A DNA stretch of 64,000 nucleotides from positions 2,624,001 to 2,688,000 of the forward strand of contig OZ245002.1 of NCBI GenBank assembly GCA_965223415.1, read 5' to 3'. Below the pieces are notes generated by a model. It made no database searches and had not been told where the DNA came from. It saw only the letters and a program-made list of their open reading frames with translations. A program made the translations under genes and the position numbers. Positions 9,110 through 19,099 of the stretch are shown here, in pieces; position 1 is the stretch's first letter; every line of letters begins with the position of its first letter. The stretch is from Myxococcota bacterium (GTDB taxonomy: Bacteria > Myxococcota_A > UBA9160 > UBA6930).

Positions 9110-9928
9110 TCACCCGGCGGCTTCGTCCCGGGCCGCGAACACCTTCTTCGCCAGGTGGATGCCGTCGATTGCGCGAGGGAACCCTGCGTAGAGAACGGCC
9201 GTGATCATCACTTCCTCGACGTCCTCCCGGGTAACGCCGTGGTTCAGCGCGCCACCCAGATGGATCTCCAGCTCGTGGGGGAGGGCGAGGGCGGTGAGGG
9301 CCGAGATCACGACCAGGCTGCGATCGCGGCGGGAGAGCTGGGAACGGGACCATACGTCGCCGAAGGCGTAGTCCAGGACGAAGTGGCCCATGTCGCCGAG
9401 CTGCTCGACCGTGGCCGTCGCCGCGAACTCCATGTCCGTACCGGCCGGCATGCCCAGGAGCGTGCGCAGCACGTCCTTTCCGTCCTCGCGCCGCTTCTCG
9501 TCGTCCTTCAGCGCGGCGGGCGCGGGCGGCGTCGACCGCTGCTCTGCGCCTTCGCGCTCTGCCAGGACCTTCGCGACGAGCATCGCTCCGCCGAGTGCGA
9601 AGGGCACGCCGATGTAGGGGGCGAGCTGCACCATGATCTCGTCGATCTCGTCGACGGCGAGCCCGTGGTTCAGGCCTCCCGCGACGTGATGGGAGAGCTC
9701 CGTCTCGCGCCCGAGGGCGGTCAGCATCGAGATCACGACGAGGCTGCGATCCCGGCGGGAGAGCTGCGGGCGGCTCCAGATCTCGCCGGCGCCGGTGCGC
9801 AGCGCGATGCTGCCCAGGGCGCCCAGGCCCTCGAAGACCCCGGCCAGGGCCTGGCCGGCTTCGCCCGAGCCGGACAGGGTCGAGAGCACTTCGAGACCGC
9901 GGCGGGCGCGAGTGTCGGGATCGGTCAT
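9110..9928 (-). CDS. Carboxymuconolactone decarboxylase family protein, two tandem CMD domains
   Basis: Duplicated 'WSR.QLSRRDRSLVVIS.LTAL...H..G.LNHG...YxGxP'. Confidence 0.88.
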   Translation of the reverse strand: MTDPDTRARRGLEVLSTLSGSGEAGQALAGVFEGLGALGSIALRTGAGEIWSRPQLSRRDRSLVVISMLTALGRETELSHHVAGGLNHGLAVDEIDEIMVQLAPYIGVPFALGGAMLVAKVLAEREGAEQRSTPPAPAALKDDEKRREDGKDVLRTLLGMPAGTDMEFAATATVEQLGDMGHFVLDYAFGDVWSRSQLSRRDRSLVVISALTALALPHELEIHLGGALNHGVTREDVEEVMITAVLYAGFPRAIDGIHLAKKVFAARDEAAG

Positions 9929-10932
9929 GGGGCCTCCTGGCTCGGCGCGACGCGAAGCACGAGCTTGCCGCGAACGCCGCGGGCGATCAGACGCTCGAGG
10001 GCTTCGGGCAGCGCCTCGAAGGGAACTTCCTCGTCGATGCGGGTGCGCAGCCGGCCCTCCCGCCACCAGGTCAGGAGCTGCTCCTGCGCCCGCTCCTTGA
10101 AGGCACGGTCGTAGTGGCTCGGAATGACGCCGACGACGGAGTAGTTGTTGTAGACCATGTGGGCCGTGTCCACGGCGCCCCAGCTCCCGCTGGCGAAGCC
10201 GATGGCGAGGATCCTGCCTTCCGGCGCGATGCAGCGGGTGGCCTTCGCGAACGCCTCGCCGCCGACCGGATCGTAGATCGCGTCGGCGCCCCGGCCGTCG
10301 GTCGCGGCTCGCACGGCCTCCGCGATGTCCTCGGCGCGGTGGTCGATGACGTGGTCGGCGCCGAGCTCGCGACAGAAGGCGACGCGCTCGGGCCCGCCGG
10401 CGGTGGCCAGCACCCGGGCGCCCAGGGCCTTGCCGATCTGGATCGCCGCCTGCCCCGTTCCGCCGGCGCCGCCCAGGACGACGAGGGTCTCGCCCGCTTC
10501 GAGCCGGCCCCGGGCGATCAGCCCGATGAAGGCGGTGTGGAAGGGGATCAGGAAGCCGGCGGCCTCCGCGTCGCCCATGGCCTCCGGCACCGGGAGACAG
10601 AAGTCGTCGAGGGCCAGGCACTGCTCCGCGAAGGCACCGGCACCGGTGAAGAAGCTGGTGACCGCCATGACCCGGTCTCCCACGCTCCGGCCTTCGACCC
10701 CGTCGCCCCACGCGACGACGCGCCCGGCGACCTCCTGGCCCTGGGTGAATGGCAGGGAGGAGGGCGTCATGGCGTAGCTGCCCTGACACATGAACGCGTC
10801 GGGCAGGCCGATCCCCGCCGTGCCGACGTCCAGCAGCACCGTCCCGGGGTAGGGCTCCGGGGGCGCCGCGTTATCGTTCAGGCGCAGGGCGTCCCGGGGG
10901 CGTCCGCGCTTCGTGGTCTGCCAGGCTCGCAT
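9925..10932 (-). CDS. NADPH:quinone oxidoreductase (MDR family)
   Basis: 'GQEVAGRV', 'VLGGAGGTG', 'YDPVGG', 'IGFASG', 'GKLVL'. Confidence 0.9.
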   Translation of the reverse strand: MRAWQTTKRGRPRDALRLNDNAAPPEPYPGTVLLDVGTAGIGLPDAFMCQGSYAMTPSSLPFTQGQEVAGRVVAWGDGVEGRSVGDRVMAVTSFFTGAGAFAEQCLALDDFCLPVPEAMGDAEAAGFLIPFHTAFIGLIARGRLEAGETLVVLGGAGGTGQAAIQIGKALGARVLATAGGPERVAFCRELGADHVIDHRAEDIAEAVRAATDGRGADAIYDPVGGEAFAKATRCIAPEGRILAIGFASGSWGAVDTAHMVYNNYSVVGVIPSHYDRAFKERAQEQLLTWWREGRLRTRIDEEVPFEALPEALERLIARGVRGKLVLRVAPSQEAP

Positions 10933-10957
10933 CGAGTCGTTCTCCCTCTCCGGACGA

Positions 10958-11821
10958 CTAACGACTGAACACAGCGTGGCCGCCTTCGGGCAACGCCGGA
11001 CGCTTGCCGTCGAGGATCGCCTGCAGGCGCTCCTCGACGGCGGCGCGATGACCCTCGTGCGTGTGGACGTAGAAGGTCCCGTCGAGGATCGCGTCGTGCA
11101 CCAGGCCCGCGACCCGCTCGGCGGGCATGCTCGCCTCGACGACGGCGCGGAAGGTCTCGACCGTCTCGCGCATCTCCTCGGAGGCCAGGTCGGTGCTCGA
11201 GGCCACCAGCTCCTCCGGGCGATTGCGGTCCGATTCCCAGATGCGCGTGTTCACGTGGCCGGGACAGAGCACCGACACGCCGACCTTGCTGCCCGCCGCC
11301 GCCAGCTCGTGGTAGAGGGTCTCGGACAGGGTGACCACGCCGTGCTTGGTCACGTTGTAGGGCGCGATGCCCGGCACCGAGACGAGTCCCGCCATGGAGG
11401 CCGTGTTTACGATGTGGCCTTCGTCCTGGGCGATCAGGTGCTTGGTGAAGACGCGGACGCCGTGAATCGCGCCCCACAGGTTGGGGCGCATGGCGAACTC
11501 CCAGTCCTCGGTGGTGAGCTCCCAGGTCGCGCCTCCGGAGCCCACGCCGGCGTTGTTGCAGACCACGTGGACCGCACCGAAGCGCTCGAGCGCGCTCTCG
11601 GCCAACGCGTCCATCGCCGCCGCGTCCGAGACGTCCAGCCGGCGGGCCAGCACCTCCACGCCGTCCGCCGCGAAGGCGCTGGCGGCCTCGTCCAGGGGCT
11701 CCGCCTCCACGTCGACCAGTACCAGCTTCATGCCCTCGGCGGCGAAGCGCGTCGCCAGGGCGTGGCCGATCCCACTGGCGCCGCCGGTCACGACGGCGAC
11801 CTTGCCGGCCAGCTCTTGCAT
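10958..11821 (-). CDS. Short-chain dehydrogenase/reductase
   Basis: 'VTGGASGIG', 'NNAGV', 'YNVTK'; AGGAGG RBS. Confidence 0.93.
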   Translation of the reverse strand: MQELAGKVAVVTGGASGIGHALATRFAAEGMKLVLVDVEAEPLDEAASAFAADGVEVLARRLDVSDAAAMDALAESALERFGAVHVVCNNAGVGSGGATWELTTEDWEFAMRPNLWGAIHGVRVFTKHLIAQDEGHIVNTASMAGLVSVPGIAPYNVTKHGVVTLSETLYHELAAAGSKVGVSVLCPGHVNTRIWESDRNRPEELVASSTDLASEEMRETVETFRAVVEASMPAERVAGLVHDAILDGTFYVHTHEGHRAAVEERLQAILDGKRPALPEGGHAVFSR

Positions 11822-11895
11822 GGGGGCCTCCTTGCCTGCCGCCCGGCGCAGCCGGGCACGAGGCACCAAGCTTGGCACAACCCCGCGGAGACGGA

Positions 11896-13419
11896 CTAGA
11901 GGAGCCCCTTCCAGGCCTCCCGCTCGCGGTCCTGCGGTGCGTCCTCGCCGATCGTCTCCCGGCCGAGCTGCAGGGTGGCCCGGCGCGAGGGCTCGTAGGC
12001 GGGCCAGCGACCGCCGGGCAGGCCCGGATGGCTCGGGTCGCCGGTGCGCGCGAAGGCGATCCAGGCGTCCATGACCTGGCCGGAGAGGCGCTCGGCGTCG
12101 GGGCCGGTGCCGACGAAGAGCTCGGAGCCCTCGCGGCCGACCTGCCCGAACACGAAGGGCAGCTCGATGGCGTGGCAGGCGCCGAGGGCGCCGCCCATCA
12201 TCGGCGATTCCCAGTTGAACGTGTACATGTACACCGCGTCGCGATGGCGCTGCTGGGCCTCGGCCAGGCGGATGGCGGGAAGGCGGAAGACCCGGTCGGT
12301 CTCGATGGCGAAGAACAGGTCCTTCGGGGTGTCGGCGCCGCTGCCGGCGCGGGCCGTCCGGTAGGCGTCGACGACGCGCCCGGCAGCGGCCTCGTCGCCG
12401 AGCTGGGCGGCGACGCGCTCCCGCAGGCCCGCCTCGTCGAGGGTGGCGAGGCCCTGTTCGAGGAAGCCGAAGAGCTTCCACTCGTCGCGGGTGGTGCCGG
12501 TCAGCAGGTCGATCCCCGCGGCGTGTCCCGCCTCGATCGCAGCCAGCGGCGGCTCGGGCAGGAAGTCGTCGTCCACCAGGGGCTGGAAGGGCAGCAGGCC
12601 GAGAGTGGTTCCCAGCTTGAGGACCATCTGCTGCTGGGTGTCGAGCAGCTTGTCCGGCGGGATGCGGCGCAGCTGCTCCGCGGCCTGCTCGGGTGCAATG
12701 CCGACCGCTTCCAGGAAATGGCGAGCTACCTCGGTCGCGGTTTCTCGGGTGTGGACGTTGTGGGCGGCGCCGCTCTGGGGAATCGCGCGCTGGAACAGGC
12801 CTGCTGCGCTCGGCGTGCCGAGAAGCGTGCCGACGCTCATGCCCCCGGCCGACTCGCCGAAGATGGTCACGTTCGCCGGATCGCCGCCGAAGGCCGCGAT
12901 GTTCTCCTGCACCCACTCGAGGGCAGCGACCTGGTCGCGGATGCCGGCGTTGCCCACGGCGCCAACGAGATCCGGACACAGATCGGCGAGGTAGAGGAAG
13001 CCGAGCGGGCCCAGGCGATAGTTGAGGGTCACCACCACCACGTCGCCGCGTCCGGCGAGGGGCACCCCGTCGTAGATGGGCTGCGAGCCGGAGCCGATCA
13101 CGAAGCCGCCGCCGTGGATCCAGACGAGCACGGGCCTGCACCCGCCGTCGGTGCCCGGCGTGTAGACGTTCAGCGTGAGGCAGTCTTCGTCCATCGGCCC
13201 CACGTCCATGCCGGGCAGGGGCAGGGCCATCGGGTTCTGGGGCGCGCTCGAGCCGAACTCGGTGGCCCGGTGCACGCCCGGCCAGGGCTCCTCGCGCACA
13301 GGCGCGGCGAAGCGCAGGGAGCCGACCGGCGGCCGGGCGTAGGGCACGCCCCGGAAGACGTGGACGTCCGCGTCCTGGGTTCCCTCGATCCTCCCGCTGC
13401 GCGTCTCGACGATGGCCAT
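11896..13419 (-). CDS. Type-B carboxylesterase/lipase
   Basis: 'EDCLTLNV', 'WIHGGGF', 'FGESAGG', 'CHAIELPFVFG'. Confidence 0.95.
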   Translation of the reverse strand: MAIVETRSGRIEGTQDADVHVFRGVPYARPPVGSLRFAAPVREEPWPGVHRATEFGSSAPQNPMALPLPGMDVGPMDEDCLTLNVYTPGTDGGCRPVLVWIHGGGFVIGSGSQPIYDGVPLAGRGDVVVVTLNYRLGPLGFLYLADLCPDLVGAVGNAGIRDQVAALEWVQENIAAFGGDPANVTIFGESAGGMSVGTLLGTPSAAGLFQRAIPQSGAAHNVHTRETATEVARHFLEAVGIAPEQAAEQLRRIPPDKLLDTQQQMVLKLGTTLGLLPFQPLVDDDFLPEPPLAAIEAGHAAGIDLLTGTTRDEWKLFGFLEQGLATLDEAGLRERVAAQLGDEAAAGRVVDAYRTARAGSGADTPKDLFFAIETDRVFRLPAIRLAEAQQRHRDAVYMYTFNWESPMMGGALGACHAIELPFVFGQVGREGSELFVGTGPDAERLSGQVMDAWIAFARTGDPSHPGLPGGRWPAYEPSRRATLQLGRETIGEDAPQDREREAWKGLL

Positions 13420-13550
13420 GAGGTCCTCCTGCTGGGTCGGGTCCCGCGGTTCAGCCCAGGATGGCACCGATCCGGCGAGAGGGCTCCCGGGCGGCCGAGG
13501 GCCGGGCCCACGCCGACCGGGGGGAGCGGATCCGGTCTATCCTCGTCGTC

Positions 13551-15164
13551 GTGAAGCGGAAAACCCTCGCCCCGATGCGATGGCTTCGCGCCGCCTGGTT
13601 CGCGCCGCGCTCCGTGCTGTTCTTCCGCAACATCGGTGCGATCGGCATCGCCGCGGTCGCCTGCGTGGTGCCGGAGGTGGGCCCGAACCGCTTCTGGATC
13701 GCCGGGATCCTGGCCTTCGTCTGCGTTCCGGCGGCCACCTGGCTCGAGAATCGCATCCCGGTCGCGGAGAACGGCTGGGTCCAGCCGCTCTTCGACCTCA
13801 CCGTCGTCGTCACCCTGGTCCACCTGATCCCGGACATGTGGTATCCGGCCCTGGTGATCGGACTGATCGTGGTCCAGGCGCCCAGTGTCGCCGAGAGCGA
13901 GGCGAGCGCCCGGCTCTACGCCTTGTTCGCGACCATCCTCACCGCGGGCATGACTTTCGCCGCGGTCGTGCACGACGTGCCGGGCTGGCACCTGCCGATC
14001 CTCGCGATGGTGGTGCTGTATCCGTCCGTCATCTTCTACTCGCACCGCCAGTCGATGCACGCGAACGAGATCCGCGAGCGGGCCCAGGCCCTCGAGGGGC
14101 TTCGCGTCGTCGCCGGAGGCGTGGCCCACGACTTCAACAACCTCCTCACGGGCGTCCTGGGGCATGCGGAGCTCGCCCTCGCCGAGCTTCCCCACGACGC
14201 GCCCGCCCGCGAGTCGATCGAGGAGGCGATGAGCGGAGCGGAGCGGGCGGGCCTGCTCTCCGCCCGTCTGCTGAGCTTCTCGGGAAGCCACATGGCACCC
14301 CGGGAGCTGCTCGACACCGAGGCCGAAGTCCGGGACCTGATCGCGCTGCTTCGGCCGGTCGTGCCGAAAGGTGTCGAGCTCGAGCTGGAGTCGACGATCC
14401 GCGGCGTGCGCGTGCGCGCCGGAAGGGCGGAGCTCCAGCAGCTGGTCATGAACCTGATCCTGAACGCGAGCGAGGCGTGCGGCGGGCAGCCGAGCCACGT
14501 GCGCGTCCGGCTCGAGCCCGGCTCGTCCGGGGCGCCGCGGCCCAGCGTGCGGCTGCGCGTCGTCGACGAGGGCCCCGGCATCCCGAAGGCCTTGCAGCCC
14601 CGCATCTTCGACCCCTTCTTCACGTTGAAGGAGAGGGGCCACGGACTCGGCCTCTCGAGTGCCCGCGCCATCGTCGACGACCTCGGCGGCCGGATCCAGG
14701 TCGAGAGCGTGCCGGGCGAGGGCACCGAGATGATCGTGCACCTGCCCGCCGAGGTGGCGGCGGAAGCCCCGCTTCGCGCGGCGGCACCTCCCGTGGTCCC
14801 GCTCGGGGGAAGAGCGCTCGTGGTCGACGACGAGGCCCCGGTGCGCTCGGTCCTCTCCAGCATGCTTCGCCAGCTGGACTACGACGTGGAGGAGGCCGTC
14901 GACGGCTTCGAGGGCGTCCGCCGTTTCCGGGAGGCTGGCGGCGACTTCTCGGCGGTCCTCCTGGATCTCCGCATGCCGGGAATGGACGGCTGGCAGTGCC
15001 TGCAGGAGCTGCAGCGGATCCGGACCGGCGTGCCCGTCGTGGTGTGCAGCGGCCACGACCCCTTCGACGTGCGGGACCGTCCCGGCGGAAGCGACGTCGT
15101 CTTCCTGCCCAAGCCGGTTCGCCTCGCGGAGCTTCGCGAGGCGCTTACTCGTCGGCAGGCATGA
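13551..15164 (+). CDS. Hybrid membrane sensor histidine kinase/receiver
   Basis: Multi-TM N-terminus, 'AHDFNNLL', 'NLILNA', 'DEGPGI', 'FDPFFT', 'GLGL', receiver 'VVDDE...LDLRMPGMDG...LPKP'; GTG start inferred from TATCCT 7 nt upstream. Confidence 0.92.
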   Translation: MKRKTLAPMRWLRAAWFAPRSVLFFRNIGAIGIAAVACVVPEVGPNRFWIAGILAFVCVPAATWLENRIPVAENGWVQPLFDLTVVVTLVHLIPDMWYPALVIGLIVVQAPSVAESEASARLYALFATILTAGMTFAAVVHDVPGWHLPILAMVVLYPSVIFYSHRQSMHANEIRERAQALEGLRVVAGGVAHDFNNLLTGVLGHAELALAELPHDAPARESIEEAMSGAERAGLLSARLLSFSGSHMAPRELLDTEAEVRDLIALLRPVVPKGVELELESTIRGVRVRAGRAELQQLVMNLILNASEACGGQPSHVRVRLEPGSSGAPRPSVRLRVVDEGPGIPKALQPRIFDPFFTLKERGHGLGLSSARAIVDDLGGRIQVESVPGEGTEMIVHLPAEVAAEAPLRAAAPPVVPLGGRALVVDDEAPVRSVLSSMLRQLDYDVEEAVDGFEGVRRFREAGGDFSAVLLDLRMPGMDGWQCLQELQRIRTGVPVVVCSGHDPFDVRDRPGGSDVVFLPKPVRLAELREALTRRQA

Positions 15165-15188
15165 AGGCGAGCGGGCCGGCCCTTGGCG

Positions 15189-16031
15189 TCACGACGCGTC
15201 CCGCGCCGCGGCGCAGGCGTCGAGGATCGGCAGGAGGTCGTCCCGCGGCGCCGGCGGAAGGCCGAAGACGACGCGATCTGCTCCGGCCGCCCGGTAGCGG
15301 GCCAGCACCTTCTCCGAGGGCGCGACGCCGTAGATGCTGACCTCGAGGCTCGCCGGCTCGCGCCCCTCCTCCTCGGCCATGCGGCGGAACGCCGGAATCG
15401 ACGCCTCGACGTCGTCCTCGCGCCCGCCGATGGGGATCCAGCCGTCGCCATAGCGCACGGCCCGGCGAGCGCCGCCGGGGAACGCGCCGCCCACGTGGAT
15501 CGGCGGGTGGGGCTTCTGGACCGGCTTCGGCCACATGTAGATGGGCTCGAAGTCGACGCGCTCGCCGTGGTACTCGGCCTCGCTCTCGGACCAGATCCTC
15601 TGCATCGCCTCGACCCGCTCCCGGAGCAGCTTGAAGCGGCCTTCGAAGGGCGTGCCGTGGTTCCCCATCTCCTCGGCGTTCCAGCCGCCGCCCACGCCGA
15701 AGAGGAAGCGGCCCTTCGACAGCTGATCCAGGGAGGCGACCTCCTTGGCGGTGTGGATCGGATCGCGCTGCACGACCAGGCAGATGCCGGTGGCGAGCTT
15801 GATCGTGCTCGTCACCGCCGCGGCACCGGCCAGGGCCACGAAGGGGTCGAGGGTGTCGTAGTACATCTTCGGGAGCTCTCCGCCCCCGGGCCATGGCGAC
15901 TTCCGCGAGGTGGGGATGTGGGAGTGCTCCGCCACCCAGAGCGATTCGAAGCCCCGCTGCTCCGCCTCCACGGCGAGCTCCGGCAGCGGGATGGCGTAGT
16001 CGGTCGGGAAGATCGTCAGTCCGAAGTGCAT
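15189..16031 (-). CDS. LLM-class, probably F420-dependent oxidoreductase (Rv2161c-like)
   Basis: 'GFESLWVAEHSHIP', 'DPFVALA', 'GGGWNAEEMGNHG', 'PKPVQKPHPPI'. Confidence 0.9.
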   Translation of the reverse strand: MHFGLTIFPTDYAIPLPELAVEAEQRGFESLWVAEHSHIPTSRKSPWPGGGELPKMYYDTLDPFVALAGAAAVTSTIKLATGICLVVQRDPIHTAKEVASLDQLSKGRFLFGVGGGWNAEEMGNHGTPFEGRFKLLRERVEAMQRIWSESEAEYHGERVDFEPIYMWPKPVQKPHPPIHVGGAFPGGARRAVRYGDGWIPIGGREDDVEASIPAFRRMAEEEGREPASLEVSIYGVAPSEKVLARYRAAGADRVVFGLPPAPRDDLLPILDACAAARDAS

Positions 16032-16249
16032 GGGGCGAGTGTGCGCCAGAAGGGCGGCGACGTCCGCCCGCGCCGGCCCCGGGCGATCCGTTTCCGATGT
16101 CGTTCCGGGGTGTTGCGGCTGATCCGCGCGGACGAGTCCGGCCCCGCCTAGCCCGGTCGGCCCATGTCGGGGCGCGGGCGCCGGCCGTAGGGTGGGCTCG
16201 TCCAACGGAGAGACCACCATGCCGCACCCGCACTGACCGCAGACGAAGC

Positions 16250-16551
16250 GAGCCCCCGCCCGGGCTTCGACGACGCGCTCTCGGCGGCTCCTCCGGCGCC
16301 TCGGAGGCCGATATCACGACAGGCAGCGTGGGGAAGCGCTCGCCGAGCTGGGCGAGGGTCTGGAGCCCGTCGGGCCCCGGCATGGGGAGGTCGAGCAGCA
16401 CCATGACGAGATCCGGATGGGCCTCGGCCGCCGCCAGCGCCTCCTCGGCGCCGGAGGCCTCCAGGATCTCGGGCTCCTCGCCGAGCTCGACCAGCACGTG
16501 ACGGAGCCCCTCGCGGAAGAGCGCGTGATCGCCGCAGATCAGGATGCGCAT
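16250..16551 (-). pseudogene. Degenerate NarL-type response regulator remnant (end approximate)
   Basis: 'MRILICGDHALFREGLRHVL...LLDLPMPGPDG...PVVISASE', then similarity is lost; no conserved Lys or HTH; the frame runs on as a shadow of the next gene. Confidence 0.65.
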
Positions 16552-16564
16552 GGGCAGGGCGAGT

Positions 16565-17428
16565 CTATTGCGCGCTGCGGGATCCTCCCGGCGGCACGGC
16601 GCGGGCGCCCAGGCGCGCGCGGAGCGCGAGCAGGCGCTCCTGCACCTCCGCTCGCGCCGCGGTCCGCCGCAGGACGGCGAGCTTCGCGGCGGCCGCGTCG
16701 AGATGGGCCCGGGCCTCCTCGGCACGGCCGATCCGGACGAGCAGCTCCGCCATCTCGACCTTCCAGCCCGGGCTCTCTCCCAGCGCGGGCTCCAGGCTGC
16801 CGAGTCGGTGGACGGCGTCCGCCACGTCGCCGCGGGAGAGGGAAAGCTCGATGGCCGGGCGTTGGAGCTGGGGAATCACGCCGAGCCGTCCCATGCCTTC
16901 GTCGAGCATGTCGAGGGCGGGCCCCACCCCCTTCCGCTCCAGCTCGGCCAGCAGGCGGGAAGCCGAGACGTAGTCGCCCGGGTTCGGCCGCTTCTGGAGG
17001 GCGAAGTAGGCGCGGAAGTCCGCGAGAGCCGCCTCGGCCTCCCCGGCGTCGCGGAGGAGGAGCGCCCGATGCTCCAGGGCCTTCGGGTGGTGCGGGAAGC
17101 GGGCGAGGAACGCATCGAAGTAGGCCCGCGCCTCCGCGAGCTTCCCCATCCGGTGGTGCAGGACGCCCTGGTGGAAGGCGGCCAGGACGGGATCGCCCAG
17201 CGCCTCGGCCCTGCGGTAGTCGGCCAGCGCCAGATCGTGACGACCGTCTTCCGCGTAGGCCCGGCCACGCCGCAGGTAGAGCTGCGGGGCCCCGGGGCGG
17301 GCCTCGATCGAGACGCTCAGCGCCTCGATCTCGTGCTGGGCGCTCGGGTGGGCGACGCCGACGGCCGGAAGCCCCACCGCCAACACGACCGCCAGGAAGA
17401 CGCGCCTAACGTCTGATCGTGAACTCAT
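16565..17428 (-). CDS. Secreted tetratricopeptide repeat protein
   Basis: Signal peptide followed by TPR-like helices ('LYLRRGRAY...ALADYRRA', 'ALEHRALL...ALADF'). Confidence 0.78.
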   Translation of the reverse strand: MSSRSDVRRVFLAVVLAVGLPAVGVAHPSAQHEIEALSVSIEARPGAPQLYLRRGRAYAEDGRHDLALADYRRAEALGDPVLAAFHQGVLHHRMGKLAEARAYFDAFLARFPHHPKALEHRALLLRDAGEAEAALADFRAYFALQKRPNPGDYVSASRLLAELERKGVGPALDMLDEGMGRLGVIPQLQRPAIELSLSRGDVADAVHRLGSLEPALGESPGWKVEMAELLVRIGRAEEARAHLDAAAAKLAVLRRTAARAEVQERLLALRARLGARAVPPGGSRSAQ

Positions 17429-18962
17429 CCAGGACGTCGCCGTTCACGTCGATGAAGCGCGAACGGAACTCGCTCCGGGACGCGTCGACCACCACGGACC
17501 CCTTTTCGGCGAGACTGAAGAAGTGCGCGGGATGCTGCAGCCAGTCGGGCAGCGTGCAGCCGAGCGTGCGTCCCGGAGGGCAGGGATCGAGTTCGTCCAC
17601 CTTGCCCGAGCTGCCCGCCACGGTGTAGACGGCCTTGTCGTCGACGCCGCTCCCGGTGCTGATCTGCCGGTACCGGTCGTCGCCCTGACCGCTCGCGCCC
17701 TGGCCCTGGGCGTCGAGCTCCGCGTGCAGCTGCACGTCGAAGGTCGTGGAGTCGCCGATGTGGCCGTTCAGGTAGTAGGAGCGCTCGTAGGAGTGCGAGT
17801 GCCCGCCGTAGACCGCGTCGACCCCGTAGGCCTCGAAGATCGGCGTGAAGACCTCGCGCATGTCGATCTCCGCGTCTTCCACGTCCGAGTCGTGGTTCTC
17901 GCCCTTGGTGTAGGGCGGGTGGTGGAAGATCACGATCGTCCAGTCGCGGTCGTTGGCGGCCAGATCGGCGACGAGCCAGTTGGCCATCGCCGACCGCTGG
18001 ACGTCGTCGCGGTTCGACAGCTGCGAGTCGAGGCTCACCACGTGGACGTTGCCGTAGTCGAAGGCGTAGTACTGCTCGGTCCCGCTCGGAACCCCACCCG
18101 TCTCGCCGGCCGTGGGAAGGCTGAAGATCTTCAGGTAGGGCGGCCCGTCGTCCACGGTGGTGGGGTCGAAGTCGTCGTAGGACTGGGGATCCGAGGAGAG
18201 GCTGGTGCCGCCCAGGATGGTCGGGATCGGGAAAGGGAAGCCCAGGAGCGGCCCCAGGTCGATCAGATCGGCGCCCATTTCGTGGTTGCCGATGGTCGGC
18301 CACACCGGGGCGTGGTTCATGATCTCCGGATAGATGTCGAAGAAGGCCCCCTGCCACTGCGCGTCGTTGCCTTCGTTGTAGGCGTTGTCTCCGAGGAGCA
18401 GGAAGAGATCGACGAGCTCCCCCCCGTTGGCGGCGTTGTAGGCGAGGAAGCCGTCCTTCACCTCCAAGGCCTCGCCGGGGTGGGTGAGGGTGACGCCGTC
18501 GCCGAGGGGCGGCCGGATGTCGGCCTCGGTGGCGGTGCCCGAATCGCCGATCAGCCAGATGTGGGTGTTGCCGTCGGAGGGCGGGTGGTTGCCGTTCGGG
18601 GCGGTGTGGAGCTGCTGATCGGGGTAGATGGCGGCGCCGGGCCCGGGCGGGCCCAGGATGTAGAAGTAGGTCTTGTCCGGGGCCAGGTTGCCGAGCAGGG
18701 CCTCCTTGTGTCCGCCGTCCGTCGCGGTCGCCGTGACGCACTTCGGCCAGGTACGCTTGCGCAGGTCGCCGGTCTTCCGGGCCCAGCAGGCCATGTCCGC
18801 TTCGCCGCGCCATTTGACGATCGCCGAATGCGCGCCGACCTGCTGGAGGAAGAGCCGCTCGGGGGGACTCGGGGCCCCCGACGCGGGGCCAGAGGGGCCG
18901 CTGGCGCCCAGCGAGAGCAACAGGGTGCAAGTCAGGAGGGCGGGCAGCAAGTGGGCGCGCAT
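17406..18962 (-). CDS. Secreted purple-acid-phosphatase-like metallophosphoesterase
   Basis: 'IGDSG', 'LGDNAY', 'IGNHE', 'FHHPPY', 'GHSHSYERS'; signal peptide. Confidence 0.92.
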   Translation of the reverse strand: MRAHLLPALLTCTLLLSLGASGPSGPASGAPSPPERLFLQQVGAHSAIVKWRGEADMACWARKTGDLRKRTWPKCVTATATDGGHKEALLGNLAPDKTYFYILGPPGPGAAIYPDQQLHTAPNGNHPPSDGNTHIWLIGDSGTATEADIRPPLGDGVTLTHPGEALEVKDGFLAYNAANGGELVDLFLLLGDNAYNEGNDAQWQGAFFDIYPEIMNHAPVWPTIGNHEMGADLIDLGPLLGFPFPIPTILGGTSLSSDPQSYDDFDPTTVDDGPPYLKIFSLPTAGETGGVPSGTEQYYAFDYGNVHVVSLDSQLSNRDDVQRSAMANWLVADLAANDRDWTIVIFHHPPYTKGENHDSDVEDAEIDMREVFTPIFEAYGVDAVYGGHSHSYERSYYLNGHIGDSTTFDVQLHAELDAQGQGASGQGDDRYRQISTGSGVDDKAVYTVAGSSGKVDELDPCPPGRTLGCTLPDWLQHPAHFFSLAEKGSVVVDASRSEFRSRFIDVNGDVLDEFTIRR

Positions 18963-19049
18963 GGCTCGGTTCCTCCGTCGGGGCGGGCCGATGCCTTCCC
19001 CGCGCCCGCGGTATCGCGGTCCCGTACCTTCCGCTGCCGGTTGCCGGCT

Positions 19050-19068
19050 ATTGCACTCACAGTGCAAT
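19050..19068. promoter_or_regulatory. Palindromic operator, likely for the TetR at 20903
   Basis: ATTGCACT-CAC-AGTGCAAT, a perfect 8-bp inverted repeat 31 bp upstream of the monooxygenase ATG. Confidence 0.7.
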
Positions 19069-19099
19069 GTGACATCCTCCGTGTCGGGAGGCCGACGCC

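Noticed and set aside
11872..11887. TTGGCAC sigma-54-like sequence
   Set aside because: GG-to-GC spacing is one base short and it faces away from the adjacent gene
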